Under the pieces are notes generated by a model. That model saw only the letters and a program-made list of their open reading frames with translations. It did no database searches and was not told the origin of the DNA. From contig CDROCS010002161.1 in the NCBI GenBank assembly GCA_977020255.1, positions 124,001 to 188,000 on the forward strand: a stretch of DNA of 64,000 nt, written 5' to 3'. The DNA comes from Obrimoposthia wandeli (Eukaryota). The position numbers were made by a program, and so were the translations under genes. Positions 51,449 through 60,310 of the stretch are shown here, piece after piece. Numbering within the stretch: position 1 is the stretch's first letter; the number at the start of each line of letters is the position of its first letter.

Positions 51449-51978
51449 TCAGTTGTCGCAGGTGAGGTCAATTGTTACTGTTGGCTGGTTCCGACTGTCC
51501 AAATAGAGCATGACCTGCTCCAGGGGTAGGTCTGAGAAGGACGGAATGTCCCCGAGGAGTAGGTCCATCTGCTGGAACGGGGTCAGGTGTGGGCTCTCGA
51601 CAAATAGATCGAAATCCTGCCCGTACAGCTCATTGTTCTCTATCCATAACCGTCTGGCCTGTTGCCATGAACGGCAGTCGCGGCTAGACCGCCACCGTTC
51701 GCGGATGCCAATTTGCACATCGCGACGGCGCGCGAGGCACACCGAGCATTGGCAATGCTCGCCACCAATGCAACTGGTGGGTGAGTGGGTGCCCTTGGGT
51801 CGTCCACGGCACTGGAGCGTCCACTCGGAAAAGGGTACCGGCACATCGGGCATGTGATGTGGCCGGGGGGTCGAGCCTTGGCCCACAAATAGAGGCAGGA
51901 CTCGTGGAATTTGTGCCGGCACCCGGCAGGGGAAGCCGACTCTGCCCAGATTTTCTCGAGGCAAATTGAGCAAAGCAT
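51449..51978 (-). CDS. RING-H2 E3 ligase-like protein 3, with a -1-frame C-terminus (Cys cluster + SIM-like TIDLT)
   Basis: CSIC..CRHKFH..C..CPMC in ORF 51640-51978. The Cys cluster shared with the other two RING ORFs (C....HCQCSVC..RR) lies in ORF 51449-52012, the -1 frame after CCCTTTT. Confidence 0.75.
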
Positions 51979-52269
51979 CTGCGCAATAATTACTCTTTAA
52001 TTTGGGGTTCAATTGGGTCTAATATTAATTTATGAATTTAATATTTTAATTTTAATATTATAAGCCTTAGCATTTAATCCTACCGAATTCTGCTCTGATT
52101 TTAGGCATGTTTCTCACATTCATACTAAGCATAAAAATGGTAATGGTCATTTTACAGTTTCACAAGATTATACAATTATGATTACAATTATGGTAGCTAA
52201 TTTATCGCGGTATGCGATACACAGGGGTAGTTCATGATGTCACGTTTTAAGTCAGAAAGTTACCTTCGG

Positions 52270-52575
52270 TTACTGCTGGCTGTTGGGCTGGCCTGCGCGT
52301 CGCTCCTCTACGCAGAACGAACACCAGCAGTCGCAGATGTTTTTCCAGCAGTGTACAATGGGTACCACTGCTTGGAGGCTGTCCCGGTTGTAGACATAGT
52401 GCACCGAGAAGGTTGCTCTGCACATCGGGTAGTTTGGGTAGTCGAGGGGATTGTTGTTGTTGGCGATTGGGATCCATGTCTCGAGGCATTCGACGTGGAA
52501 CTGGTGGTCGCAGTTGTTGGGTTTGGTGTAGAGGTCCACGATGTTCTCGTAGCAGATTGAACATTCTCCAGACAT
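52270..52575 (-). CDS. RING-H2 protein 2 (7th ligand Cys->Tyr)
   Basis: CSIC-x11-CDHQFH..C...NYPMCRATF; C-terminal HCWKNICDCWCSFC..ERR. Confidence 0.8.
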   Translation of the reverse strand: MSGECSICYENIVDLYTKPNNCDHQFHVECLETWIPIANNNNPLDYPNYPMCRATFSVHYVYNRDSLQAVVPIVHCWKNICDCWCSFCVEERRAGQPNSQQ

Positions 52576-52635
52576 TACTGTGAGAGGGTTGATGTTGAAT
52601 TTGGGCTCGATTGAGGGCTGATGGTTTTGTGATGT

Positions 52636-52935
52636 TTACACAAAAGTGGTCGGATTTTGTCGTTCTGACAGACAGTAATAACACCAACATTCTCTCAAAT
52701 TCTTCCAACAGAATATCACTTGTACATCTACATCCTCTTGGTTGGTTTCTATTCTGATTAACCTTGTGAATTGTCTTCTGCATACAGGGCAACGAGGGTA
52801 TGTTGGATAGGGAGTTTCTCCATATGTTCTGATCCATTTTGATAAACATTCCTCGTGGTGTAAGTGGTTGCAGGTATCGGGTCTTGTTCTTCGTTCGGTT
52901 AAATCTTCGAAACATATTGGGCATTCTTCGGACAT
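52636..52935 (-). CDS. RING-H2 protein 1
   Basis: CPIC..CNHLHH..C..CPVCRRQF; C-terminal FCWKNLRECWCYYCLSER. Confidence 0.85.
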   Translation of the reverse strand: MSEECPICFEDLTERRTRPDTCNHLHHEECLSKWIRTYGETPYPTYPRCPVCRRQFTRLIRIETNQEDVDVQVIFCWKNLRECWCYYCLSERQNPTTFV

Positions 52936-53046
52936 TCTAAATACATGATGACAATTAATTTCTACACGAGTTTTACATATTTCTACTTATTTGTACAATC
53001 ACTTCTAAATATTTCTACATATTTTTTACACACTAATTTATCTACA

Positions 53047-53055
53047 ATCTCCTCT
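53047..53055 (-). promoter_or_regulatory. Candidate polypurine tract
   Basis: AGAGGAGAT on the minus strand, 6 nt after the stop of the 791-aa ORF and directly before TGTAGA. Confidence 0.45.
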
Positions 53056-53061
53056 GACTTA

Positions 53062-55437
53062 TCATGTCTTGATGGGAGGCGGAGGTAAGGGTCGCAATTC
53101 CACTTCCTCCATTGTGGGTGTGTTACAGCATCGCAGTCCTTCGCATTTCCGTCGTATTCTTGGGCATACCTGACAGCCTTTCACGCACACGACTGTCAAG
53201 AGAACTACTGCTGTTGACACTACTGCCATTCCAATTAGAGCATTGACCGCTGTTATTCCGCTGTCCGATGATTGGTAATCATACTTCATTTTGTTGTTTG
53301 TCGGTTTGAATGGCGTTTCCATTGGTGTTGATCGGTTTCCATGTATTATGTCCGATTTTCTAATAACTCGCGGATTTGGATATTTTGTTTTCGGTCTAAC
53401 AGGTATTATTAATTGAGATTGGAAATGATATTTGGGATCTAGTGGAATCGTTCCCTTCACTCTTGTCCTCTTAATAATTGTACTTTGGTTTCTGGGATCG
53501 AGCTCTTTTCCTTTCACTTCTGCCTTTGTTATGATTACTTTTGGCTTCTCGGAATGGCGTTTACTTCCGTTTACCTTTGCCTTCTTTTTGACTATGATTG
53601 GTTTTTTGGAGTAGCGTTTACTTCCTTTCACCTTTTCATTTTTTATGACTATGATTGGTTTTCCGGGAATGATTTTCCTGGGTTTGATATTTATACTGAG
53701 TCCACGAAATCGACGTGTCTGGTATCTTAGAGTTATGTAGTATATTTCACCTGTTATTAATATGATTATGGTAGAGGTCTCTCTAGCATTGCTGGGAATT
53801 CGGTTACATAGACATTCTGTATCAAAATGTGGTACTAACATTTGGTTTTGAATTTCAAATCTGATTCCACCATCTGGATTGGGACACGACACTGTTACTT
53901 TGTCAGTTTCTAACAATCTGAAGAATAATCTAACGGAATTCCATACGGTTTTACGTCGTCTACCTGTGATCATAATCCTGTCGACAACTTTCCAGATGTG
54001 CTCGTCGTTAGGCAATATTAATGACTTTGTTCGGATAAATTGAATAATCCGTTTCCTTTTTGATATTGTTATTCGTAGGTATAATACATTTTCATGGTAG
54101 AATAATATCAGTCGGTAGTAAAGTTTGTGTTGGTCAATCTTTATTTTGATCTGGCGAATGACATACGATTTCTGATCGACATTTTCGGTTGCTGATGTTT
54201 GTAGGTGAATGTCTATTACGTAATTTGCTTTTATTAGAGGTATTTTTATGGATAACGCCCGTATCGTATCTTGTCTCCATTTACTGATCATGATCTCATA
54301 ACCAGCCTCGGTCGTGGTGATTTGCATGATCAGCATGATTCCTATGATCGTCTGGTTCCTAATCTCAGGAACATCTCTAGGATAACTCAAGTTACTCATG
54401 TAGTATGGTTTTTCCTCGATATGTTCGTATATCGTTGGCTGATACTCTGGTGCTGGTTCATTTAGGAATGCTGGTCTTGGTATCATTGTGTTGAATTTTT
54501 GTAAATTCATTTGACCTGCTTGTCTTGCGAGATCATGACGTTTCTTTTTCGATCTCAACTCTATCTTTGTACAACAAAACAAAATGAGCAATATTATTAT
54601 TATGACTCCGATAGTCAATGCTAGTATTGGATTAACCAATTCTAGAATACCATAACGTATTGCTGGTATCCCTTTACTCTTGATGGTTAATATTTTAAAT
54701 TTATGTGTACTTTGGTTGGACATGTCACTGAGAAGTACTATTTTAGTTTGTCCAAATGTGTATCCTTCACATGTGACAACACTAATTCCATAATGTCCAT
54801 TTAGTGTTTCCATTTCGGTCGCTGGGATTACACATATTCGTCCTGGACATCCTTTCACACACATGATCATCACGGCTTTACTATAAGACGTCTTGATTAT
54901 TTCTAGGGTGTTGTCTAGATTTCTCAGATGTAGATTATATCCAGGTAGCGTCATCAATTCAGCTTTACTGGTTGGAATGGCTTGTAGTACCAATCCAATT
55001 ACTACTCTGTAGATCAATCCTTGTGTAACAGTGCACAGGGCCTTGATTGTCCTTTTGCAAAGGGTTTTGATTATTATTCGTTTGAGAGACATCTGTTTCT
55101 GGTTAGGTCGTTTTGTCTGGTTTGTCTGTCGTTGCTTTGACATTTCTTCAATTCCAGTTTTCCTGATAATCAACTGTACCTGTTTTCCTTGTATCATCAA
55201 CTTTCCGAATCCATTTTTGGCGGACAAGCATGTTTTATGTCCTTCCATCGTTTCGATTATCACTCTCTTACTTCCATACTCACGTGTTTTGATGACATCG
55301 CCGTCGAATATGTACGTCGTACCTTTTGTATCCGCATCTTTTTGTATTTCCTTTACAATTCGTTTTCTTTGCCTGCATCCTGTGAACATTGCTGATATTC
55401 TATCAAGTGTGCGTTGTCGGTCAGCTTCATAATCCAT
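53062..55437 (-). CDS. 791-aa multi-segment membrane protein in the env position (not a recognised env class)
   Basis: Hydrophobic segments VVIGLVLQAIPTSKA, LALTIGVIIIILLILFCC, IIGIMLIMQITTTEA and ALIGMAVVSTAVVLLTVVCV. Cys-containing ~105-aa segment between the first two; basic KVKGSKR repeats. Confidence 0.7.
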   Translation of the reverse strand: MDYEADRQRTLDRISAMFTGCRQRKRIVKEIQKDADTKGTTYIFDGDVIKTREYGSKRVIIETMEGHKTCLSAKNGFGKLMIQGKQVQLIIRKTGIEEMSKQRQTNQTKRPNQKQMSLKRIIIKTLCKRTIKALCTVTQGLIYRVVIGLVLQAIPTSKAELMTLPGYNLHLRNLDNTLEIIKTSYSKAVMIMCVKGCPGRICVIPATEMETLNGHYGISVVTCEGYTFGQTKIVLLSDMSNQSTHKFKILTIKSKGIPAIRYGILELVNPILALTIGVIIIILLILFCCTKIELRSKKKRHDLARQAGQMNLQKFNTMIPRPAFLNEPAPEYQPTIYEHIEEKPYYMSNLSYPRDVPEIRNQTIIGIMLIMQITTTEAGYEIMISKWRQDTIRALSIKIPLIKANYVIDIHLQTSATENVDQKSYVIRQIKIKIDQHKLYYRLILFYHENVLYLRITISKRKRIIQFIRTKSLILPNDEHIWKVVDRIMITGRRRKTVWNSVRLFFRLLETDKVTVSCPNPDGGIRFEIQNQMLVPHFDTECLCNRIPSNARETSTIIILITGEIYYITLRYQTRRFRGLSINIKPRKIIPGKPIIVIKNEKVKGSKRYSKKPIIVKKKAKVNGSKRHSEKPKVIITKAEVKGKELDPRNQSTIIKRTRVKGTIPLDPKYHFQSQLIIPVRPKTKYPNPRVIRKSDIIHGNRSTPMETPFKPTNNKMKYDYQSSDSGITAVNALIGMAVVSTAVVLLTVVCVKGCQVCPRIRRKCEGLRCCNTPTMEEVELRPLPPPPIKT

Positions 55438-55680
55438 TCAGAATTGATTCAGTAGTCGGTTTTGTGGATAAAATATTGCTTCATTCACTATGTTATCCTC
55501 GATCCTTTCGTCTAAATACACAAGTACTTGGTTTGTTGGTCCATTTGGTCTCTTCATCTTTACAAACTGGAATCTTTTACTATCGGTTCTCATAGATCGG
55601 AGACATTTTCGGATAAGCCAAACATCAATTAGTCCTATCAACACTAATAGCATCATCAGTGCCGGTGTATTGTACTGCAT
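55438..55680 (-). CDS. 80-aa ORF with N-terminal hydrophobic segment
   Basis: ALMMLLVLIGLIDVWLIRK. Same frame as both flanking large ORFs; its stop abuts the next ATG (TGAATG). Confidence 0.5.
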   Translation of the reverse strand: MQYNTPALMMLLVLIGLIDVWLIRKCLRSMRTDSKRFQFVKMKRPNGPTNQVLVYLDERIEDNIVNEAIFYPQNRLLNQF

Positions 55681-55737
55681 GATTTAGTTGTTGATTTCTT
55701 TGAACCATGAACTATTTCCGTGGTTGGAGCCTATCTC

Positions 55738-58700
55738 TTATGCTCCCGTTATCGGCATTAGACAACTTAACAAGCCTAGTGCTAGCAATCTTTGGTATTG
55801 ATAGCTGGGCACTGATGTTGTAGCTTCATTTGTTTCTCGTTGTTGCTTCCTCTTTTCGGAGTATTTCTCTATTTCTCGAACGAGTAACGGTTTGAATTCC
55901 GTATCTGGTCTATTCTGTTTGGTGTAGACCATCGCTTCCTCTGGTGTATGACCATGGTACTCTACCAACAAGGATACACCTATGGTAGGCGCTAACATTG
56001 TACCTTTTTTCTGATATATCAGAACGCCGTTTCCTTCTGTGACTTCGGCTTGGATGGTTTGAGTCAGTTTCATCAGATGTTGTTGTGCATCGTTTATCTC
56101 CCGATTGGAAGCATGTATGTATCGAGTTGTGTCATCTTCAGTATTTTGACACAGGCTGATTATTTCATTTCCGACTTCAACAATGTTAATTACTCGGTTG
56201 ATACTGTGGAACTTTAATCCAGCAGTATCTATATCTCCTGGATGACATAGAAATACTTTCGGCATTATCTGAGTAATTTTGTCGACTCCGGCTAAGAATA
56301 AACCGGTCAACGATAGTGATTGGAGGAAATTCTTTTCCTTTGGATCCTCAGGGATGTCATCCATCCGTCTCTGTTCTTGCAACAGGAGTTGGTAATTTGA
56401 CAATTGTCCCAAAAAATTAAGGTTTGGGTTCGCGATACTTCGTTTTTCCTGTAGGTATTTCAGCGCTTCTAGTACCTGCATTCGTCTAGTCTTTATTAGA
56501 TATGCTAATACTAGGGTTGCTGATCGGGAGATTCCTTTCTGACAATGTACCAACACTTTTCCTTGGTTTTGGAGTTCTCTGTGAAGTATCTCGTTTGTTT
56601 CTACGAACCATTCGAGAAGATTAGCCTCCATTGAGTCTTTTACTCTTAATGTCATAGCTCTGATAGTCTGATATTGTGATTTGTGATTCATTGTAACATT
56701 GATCACGTATGTTATCCCTTGTTCCAACAGTTTCTTTTCGTCTGTTGCATCTTCCACATTTCCGAGGTATAACTTATCTGGAATGATCTCACTCATTGGT
56801 GGCATTAATTCTGACTCTTCAAGTTTTAGTCTTTCTAATCTCTTCTCTAGTTGTTCGTCGACGATGGATAATTTCGCCAGTTTCCTTCCTCTCAGCATTC
56901 GTATCGCTGGAGAGATATTCGTCTTTGTCTCTGATGTCTGTTCCTTTGTTGGTTCCTCTTCCGACTCAGTCTCTTCTGCGGATTTAATTCGTCTTTCTTG
57001 TATATTATGTTTCACGAATTCTATGATTCGTCTTTTTCTACTCTCTTTAGCTAATTCAACCTCCATGGTTCTTCCGAAACGCTCTATTATGTTATCTTCG
57101 GATTCTGTTGACTCTGGATCGCTACTTTCAAGTTCGCTATCTTGACTAGACTCGCTCGAAGGGTATTCTGGTATGTCTGTCTGAACTGAAATTAATGAAG
57201 GGGTTAGAATAATTGGATTGACTGGTCCTGCGTGTCTGAGAATCGGATACGGTATTTCACTATCCTTAAGTATCTCAACTTGGAACTGTGCTCCATAGCA
57301 CATGACAATTGTTTCCAATTTACCCATGATGGACAATCCATCAAAATAGGTGACACTCAGCTTAGATATCGGTGTTTTCGCATAATTAACTAAATGGACT
57401 CGTATCTCGGTTGATGACGGCCATCGATTTTTTAGTAAAATTATAATTTCGTCCTTTATCGATGTAATCACACTTGGCGCGGATGATACTATTTCAGCAT
57501 GATATTTTGGTTTGATTGAGGTTGTCACTTGTTCTCGGATCATATTGATTCGTTGTGGTTTATTTTTAGCTTCCCACTTCCGGTATCCGCTGTCAATGCG
57601 TAACTCTGCCGTTGCTTTAATGATTTTATTGTTTGTTATTTCTGGTTGGGTTGGCGAATGAAATACTTCTATTACGCTCAACCTTACAGATACTTCCGTT
57701 TGATCTGTGTTTAATTGGTGAGATTCCGGTATACTACATACAATGGTCTTTCCGTCAAAGTATTTGGTGTCCATCTGACATATTATCTTTTCAGTGTCAG
57801 CGTCGATTAAATGAACTCTCATTATGTCTCTTCTCCCATGTGAATTACGTAATACCATTATTACATCGTGGTATTCTTGTTTGAGTCTTTTTAGTGTACC
57901 ATGAAGTATGTGACCACCGGTCGGTTCTTTTTCTTCCTGACTGGCTAGTCCTGCTTCAGTACTGTCATAGTTCTGCCATGCAACTATGTTTGGTGTTAAT
58001 GTGATTTCGATTATCACTTTCTCAGTTGTAAACACATTGGAGTTTAGATGCAGTTCTGCAACTAGTGTATTTCCGTCGAAGTATGACACTCTAAGTTCGC
58101 ATAGAAATTCGTTTGTCAGTGCATCTTTCACAATGACTTCTTTCGCCACATCTGTTGGTTGTGTTTTTTCGAAAACGACTATGATCTCTTCGTTTTCTTC
58201 CAATATCTCTTGTGGTGCGATGTGTCTGATCTTTTCTTTTTCCTCTTGGTGCTTCATTCTGAGCATGCCAATTCTTGCTGGTTTTTTCTCGTTACCACTT
58301 GTCATCGTATTTATGTAGTTTCGATCACTTACCATTCGTGTAAGTTTAATGGTATTGGTATTCGGCTTCAATTTCTGTGATCTTAGCTCATATCGTGACG
58401 CATTATCTTTATTCGGTACTAGTTTACATCGATTCGCATGTACAATCATTGGTTCCTTGTTCCGGTTCTCCTCGTTGATTACTTTCAAGTTCGTTGAGAT
58501 TGTCTGTATCACCTTGTATGGTCCTTTGTATGGTCTATGAAGTTTAAACGATAGACCTGGTTCGATGACTGGATAAAATATCATCACTTGATCTCCGACT
58601 CTAAATTCAAGTGGTTTTGCCTTTTTGTCATATTGTTCCTTGTAACCTTCTTGATTGAATTTCAGTTTCAATCCTGCTTTAGTCCAAGCATCTTGTAATC

Positions 58701-59511
58701 TTTCTTTCATAACGACAATGTATTGTTCAGTTTCTAGATACTGAGATGTTGGTTCAGTCCACTCCAGATCCATTGGCATATTGTTCTGTCTGAGATACAT
58801 CAGATAGAATGGTGTGTGACCCGTCGCCTCTCGAACTGAATTCCTGTAAGCATATAAACATGAAGATAAATATTTATCCCAATCCTCTGAGCAATAGGAT
58901 TGTACCATCATACATAAAGTTTTATTAAACCTTTCTACTAGACCATCGGTTTGTGGGTGATATGGTGAAGTTTGTAACTTCATGATTCCGAATATCTTCG
59001 ATACTGCTTTTATTACTTCTCCGGTGAAGTTCTTACCTTGATCCGTTAACAACTTTCTAGGCACTCCGTATCGAAATATTATATCTTCCACTAAGATCTG
59101 CGCTATTGTTTCAGCCTTCTGGTTTTGCATGGGATATGCTTCTACCCATCTCGTCATGTAGTCCGTAAATACTATGACGTACTTGTTTCCTTTACCTGAT
59201 TCTCTCAATAGTCCCAATATATCCATCGCTGTGAATTCCATTGGTGCCAAAGGAACTGGCATTGGTTTCAGTGGAACTTTAGTACGAGTTCCAGTGTCTT
59301 TTCTGGTTAAACATACTTTACATTGTTTACACCATTGTTTTATGTCGTCTTCCATACCATCCCAATGGTACTTCTCTTTGATTCTGGCTATTGTCTTTCG
59401 TCCTGACAGATGTCCTCCTAGTGTTCCATCGTGATACTGGATCATCACTGCTGTTTTCAATGACTTCGGAATTACTACTACTATCTTTCCGACATTGTTG
59501 ACAATATACAA
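55738..59511 (-). CDS. Ty3/gypsy integrase fused to 3 x YFDG domain, dual-specificity phosphatase, pseudophosphatase and a hydrophobic C-terminus
   Basis: H..GGH...C..C zinc finger, AMDILG / TDQGKNF / TDGLVERFN (DDE), YKGPYKV (GPY/F). DSP core LYLGN...VLVHCQKGISRSAT...NPNLNF; second DSP-fold copy with VLIYQKKGTMLA. Confidence 0.92.
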   Translation of the reverse strand: MYIVNNVGKIVVVIPKSLKTAVMIQYHDGTLGGHLSGRKTIARIKEKYHWDGMEDDIKQWCKQCKVCLTRKDTGTRTKVPLKPMPVPLAPMEFTAMDILGLLRESGKGNKYVIVFTDYMTRWVEAYPMQNQKAETIAQILVEDIIFRYGVPRKLLTDQGKNFTGEVIKAVSKIFGIMKLQTSPYHPQTDGLVERFNKTLCMMVQSYCSEDWDKYLSSCLYAYRNSVREATGHTPFYLMYLRQNNMPMDLEWTEPTSQYLETEQYIVVMKERLQDAWTKAGLKLKFNQEGYKEQYDKKAKPLEFRVGDQVMIFYPVIEPGLSFKLHRPYKGPYKVIQTISTNLKVINEENRNKEPMIVHANRCKLVPNKDNASRYELRSQKLKPNTNTIKLTRMVSDRNYINTMTSGNEKKPARIGMLRMKHQEEKEKIRHIAPQEILEENEEIIVVFEKTQPTDVAKEVIVKDALTNEFLCELRVSYFDGNTLVAELHLNSNVFTTEKVIIEITLTPNIVAWQNYDSTEAGLASQEEKEPTGGHILHGTLKRLKQEYHDVIMVLRNSHGRRDIMRVHLIDADTEKIICQMDTKYFDGKTIVCSIPESHQLNTDQTEVSVRLSVIEVFHSPTQPEITNNKIIKATAELRIDSGYRKWEAKNKPQRINMIREQVTTSIKPKYHAEIVSSAPSVITSIKDEIIILLKNRWPSSTEIRVHLVNYAKTPISKLSVTYFDGLSIMGKLETIVMCYGAQFQVEILKDSEIPYPILRHAGPVNPIILTPSLISVQTDIPEYPSSESSQDSELESSDPESTESEDNIIERFGRTMEVELAKESRKRRIIEFVKHNIQERRIKSAEETESEEEPTKEQTSETKTNISPAIRMLRGRKLAKLSIVDEQLEKRLERLKLEESELMPPMSEIIPDKLYLGNVEDATDEKKLLEQGITYVINVTMNHKSQYQTIRAMTLRVKDSMEANLLEWFVETNEILHRELQNQGKVLVHCQKGISRSATLVLAYLIKTRRMQVLEALKYLQEKRSIANPNLNFLGQLSNYQLLLQEQRRMDDIPEDPKEKNFLQSLSLTGLFLAGVDKITQIMPKVFLCHPGDIDTAGLKFHSINRVINIVEVGNEIISLCQNTEDDTTRYIHASNREINDAQQHLMKLTQTIQAEVTEGNGVLIYQKKGTMLAPTIGVSLLVEYHGHTPEEAMVYTKQNRPDTEFKPLLVREIEKYSEKRKQQRETNEATTSVPSYQYQRLLALGLLSCLMPITGA

Positions 59512-60310
59512 GATTTCTTATTTTATCGAGTATTTTTTTCATCATTTCATCATTTAGATCTCCTTTCACTAACAATTCTTTGATTAGACTCAGTTCTTCA
59601 TCTTCTTTCTGTTCCTTTATGATTTCTTTGTCTATTTTACCCGTCTTCAGCAAAATCGTTAGTAGATTTGCATCTCCTTTTTGGTCGTTGGTTTCATCTT
59701 CTTCTGGAATTATGTTTCCTTTCTCGTCTACATTTGTCAACCTCGACAAACAGTCTGCGTTGCCATTCGACTTTCCGGTTCTATAACGGATTTCTAGATA
59801 GAATTCGGCCAATTTCAGAAACCATCTGTTTAATCTACTCATCTCGTCTCTATGTTTATACAAGAACTGTAGTGGTTTGTGGTCTGTATACAGGAATACC
59901 TTTTGTCCTAGCAAGTATTGTCTGTACTGTCTACATGAATATACTATGGCTAGACATTCCTTTTCGATGACAGAGTATCCTCTTTCGGCTCTGTTTAATC
60001 CTCTACTCGCATACGCGAAGACGTGTTCTCTTCCTTCGTCATCCTCTTGTCCCAATACTGCTCCTACAGCATAGTTACTTGCATCTGTCATTAGTATGAA
60101 TTGTCGGTTTATATCTGGAAACGCTAATATTGGTGCTTTTATCAGTCTTTCTTTTAAATGCTCGAACGCTTGTTGTGTTTCTTTTCCCCATATGAACTTC
60201 TCATCTTTTCTCGTCAACTTTTTCAATGGTGTTGCTATATCTGAAAAATGTTCAACAAATCGTCTATAATAGTTCGGAAGACCTAAAAAACTCTGTATTT
60301 CCTTAACAGT
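59327..60310 (-). pseudogene. RT connection and RNase H of the Ty3/gypsy pol (disrupted)
   Basis: VKEIQSFLG, ILMTDASNYAVGAVLGQ, YSVIEKECLA, YTDHKPL, YRTGKSNGNADCLSR. TAG at 60311-13 and a frameshift near 59535. Confidence 0.92.

Larger units (their letters stand above)
49665..53046 (-). mobile_element. Candidate 3' LTR (~3.4 kb) of the giant Ty3/gypsy element
   Basis: Minus strand starts TGTAGA at 53046 directly after a purine tract AGAGGAGAT. Candidate end ...GTGTTAACA at 49665, where ATPase similarity begins. Minus-strand TATATAAAT at 50677-50669. No second LTR in the window; alternative end at 50461. Confidence 0.45.

Noticed and set aside
53062-55437. Calling the 791-aa ORF env
   Set aside because: No recognisable furin site plus fusion peptide, F-protein or class I motifs; only position and hydrophobic segments support it.
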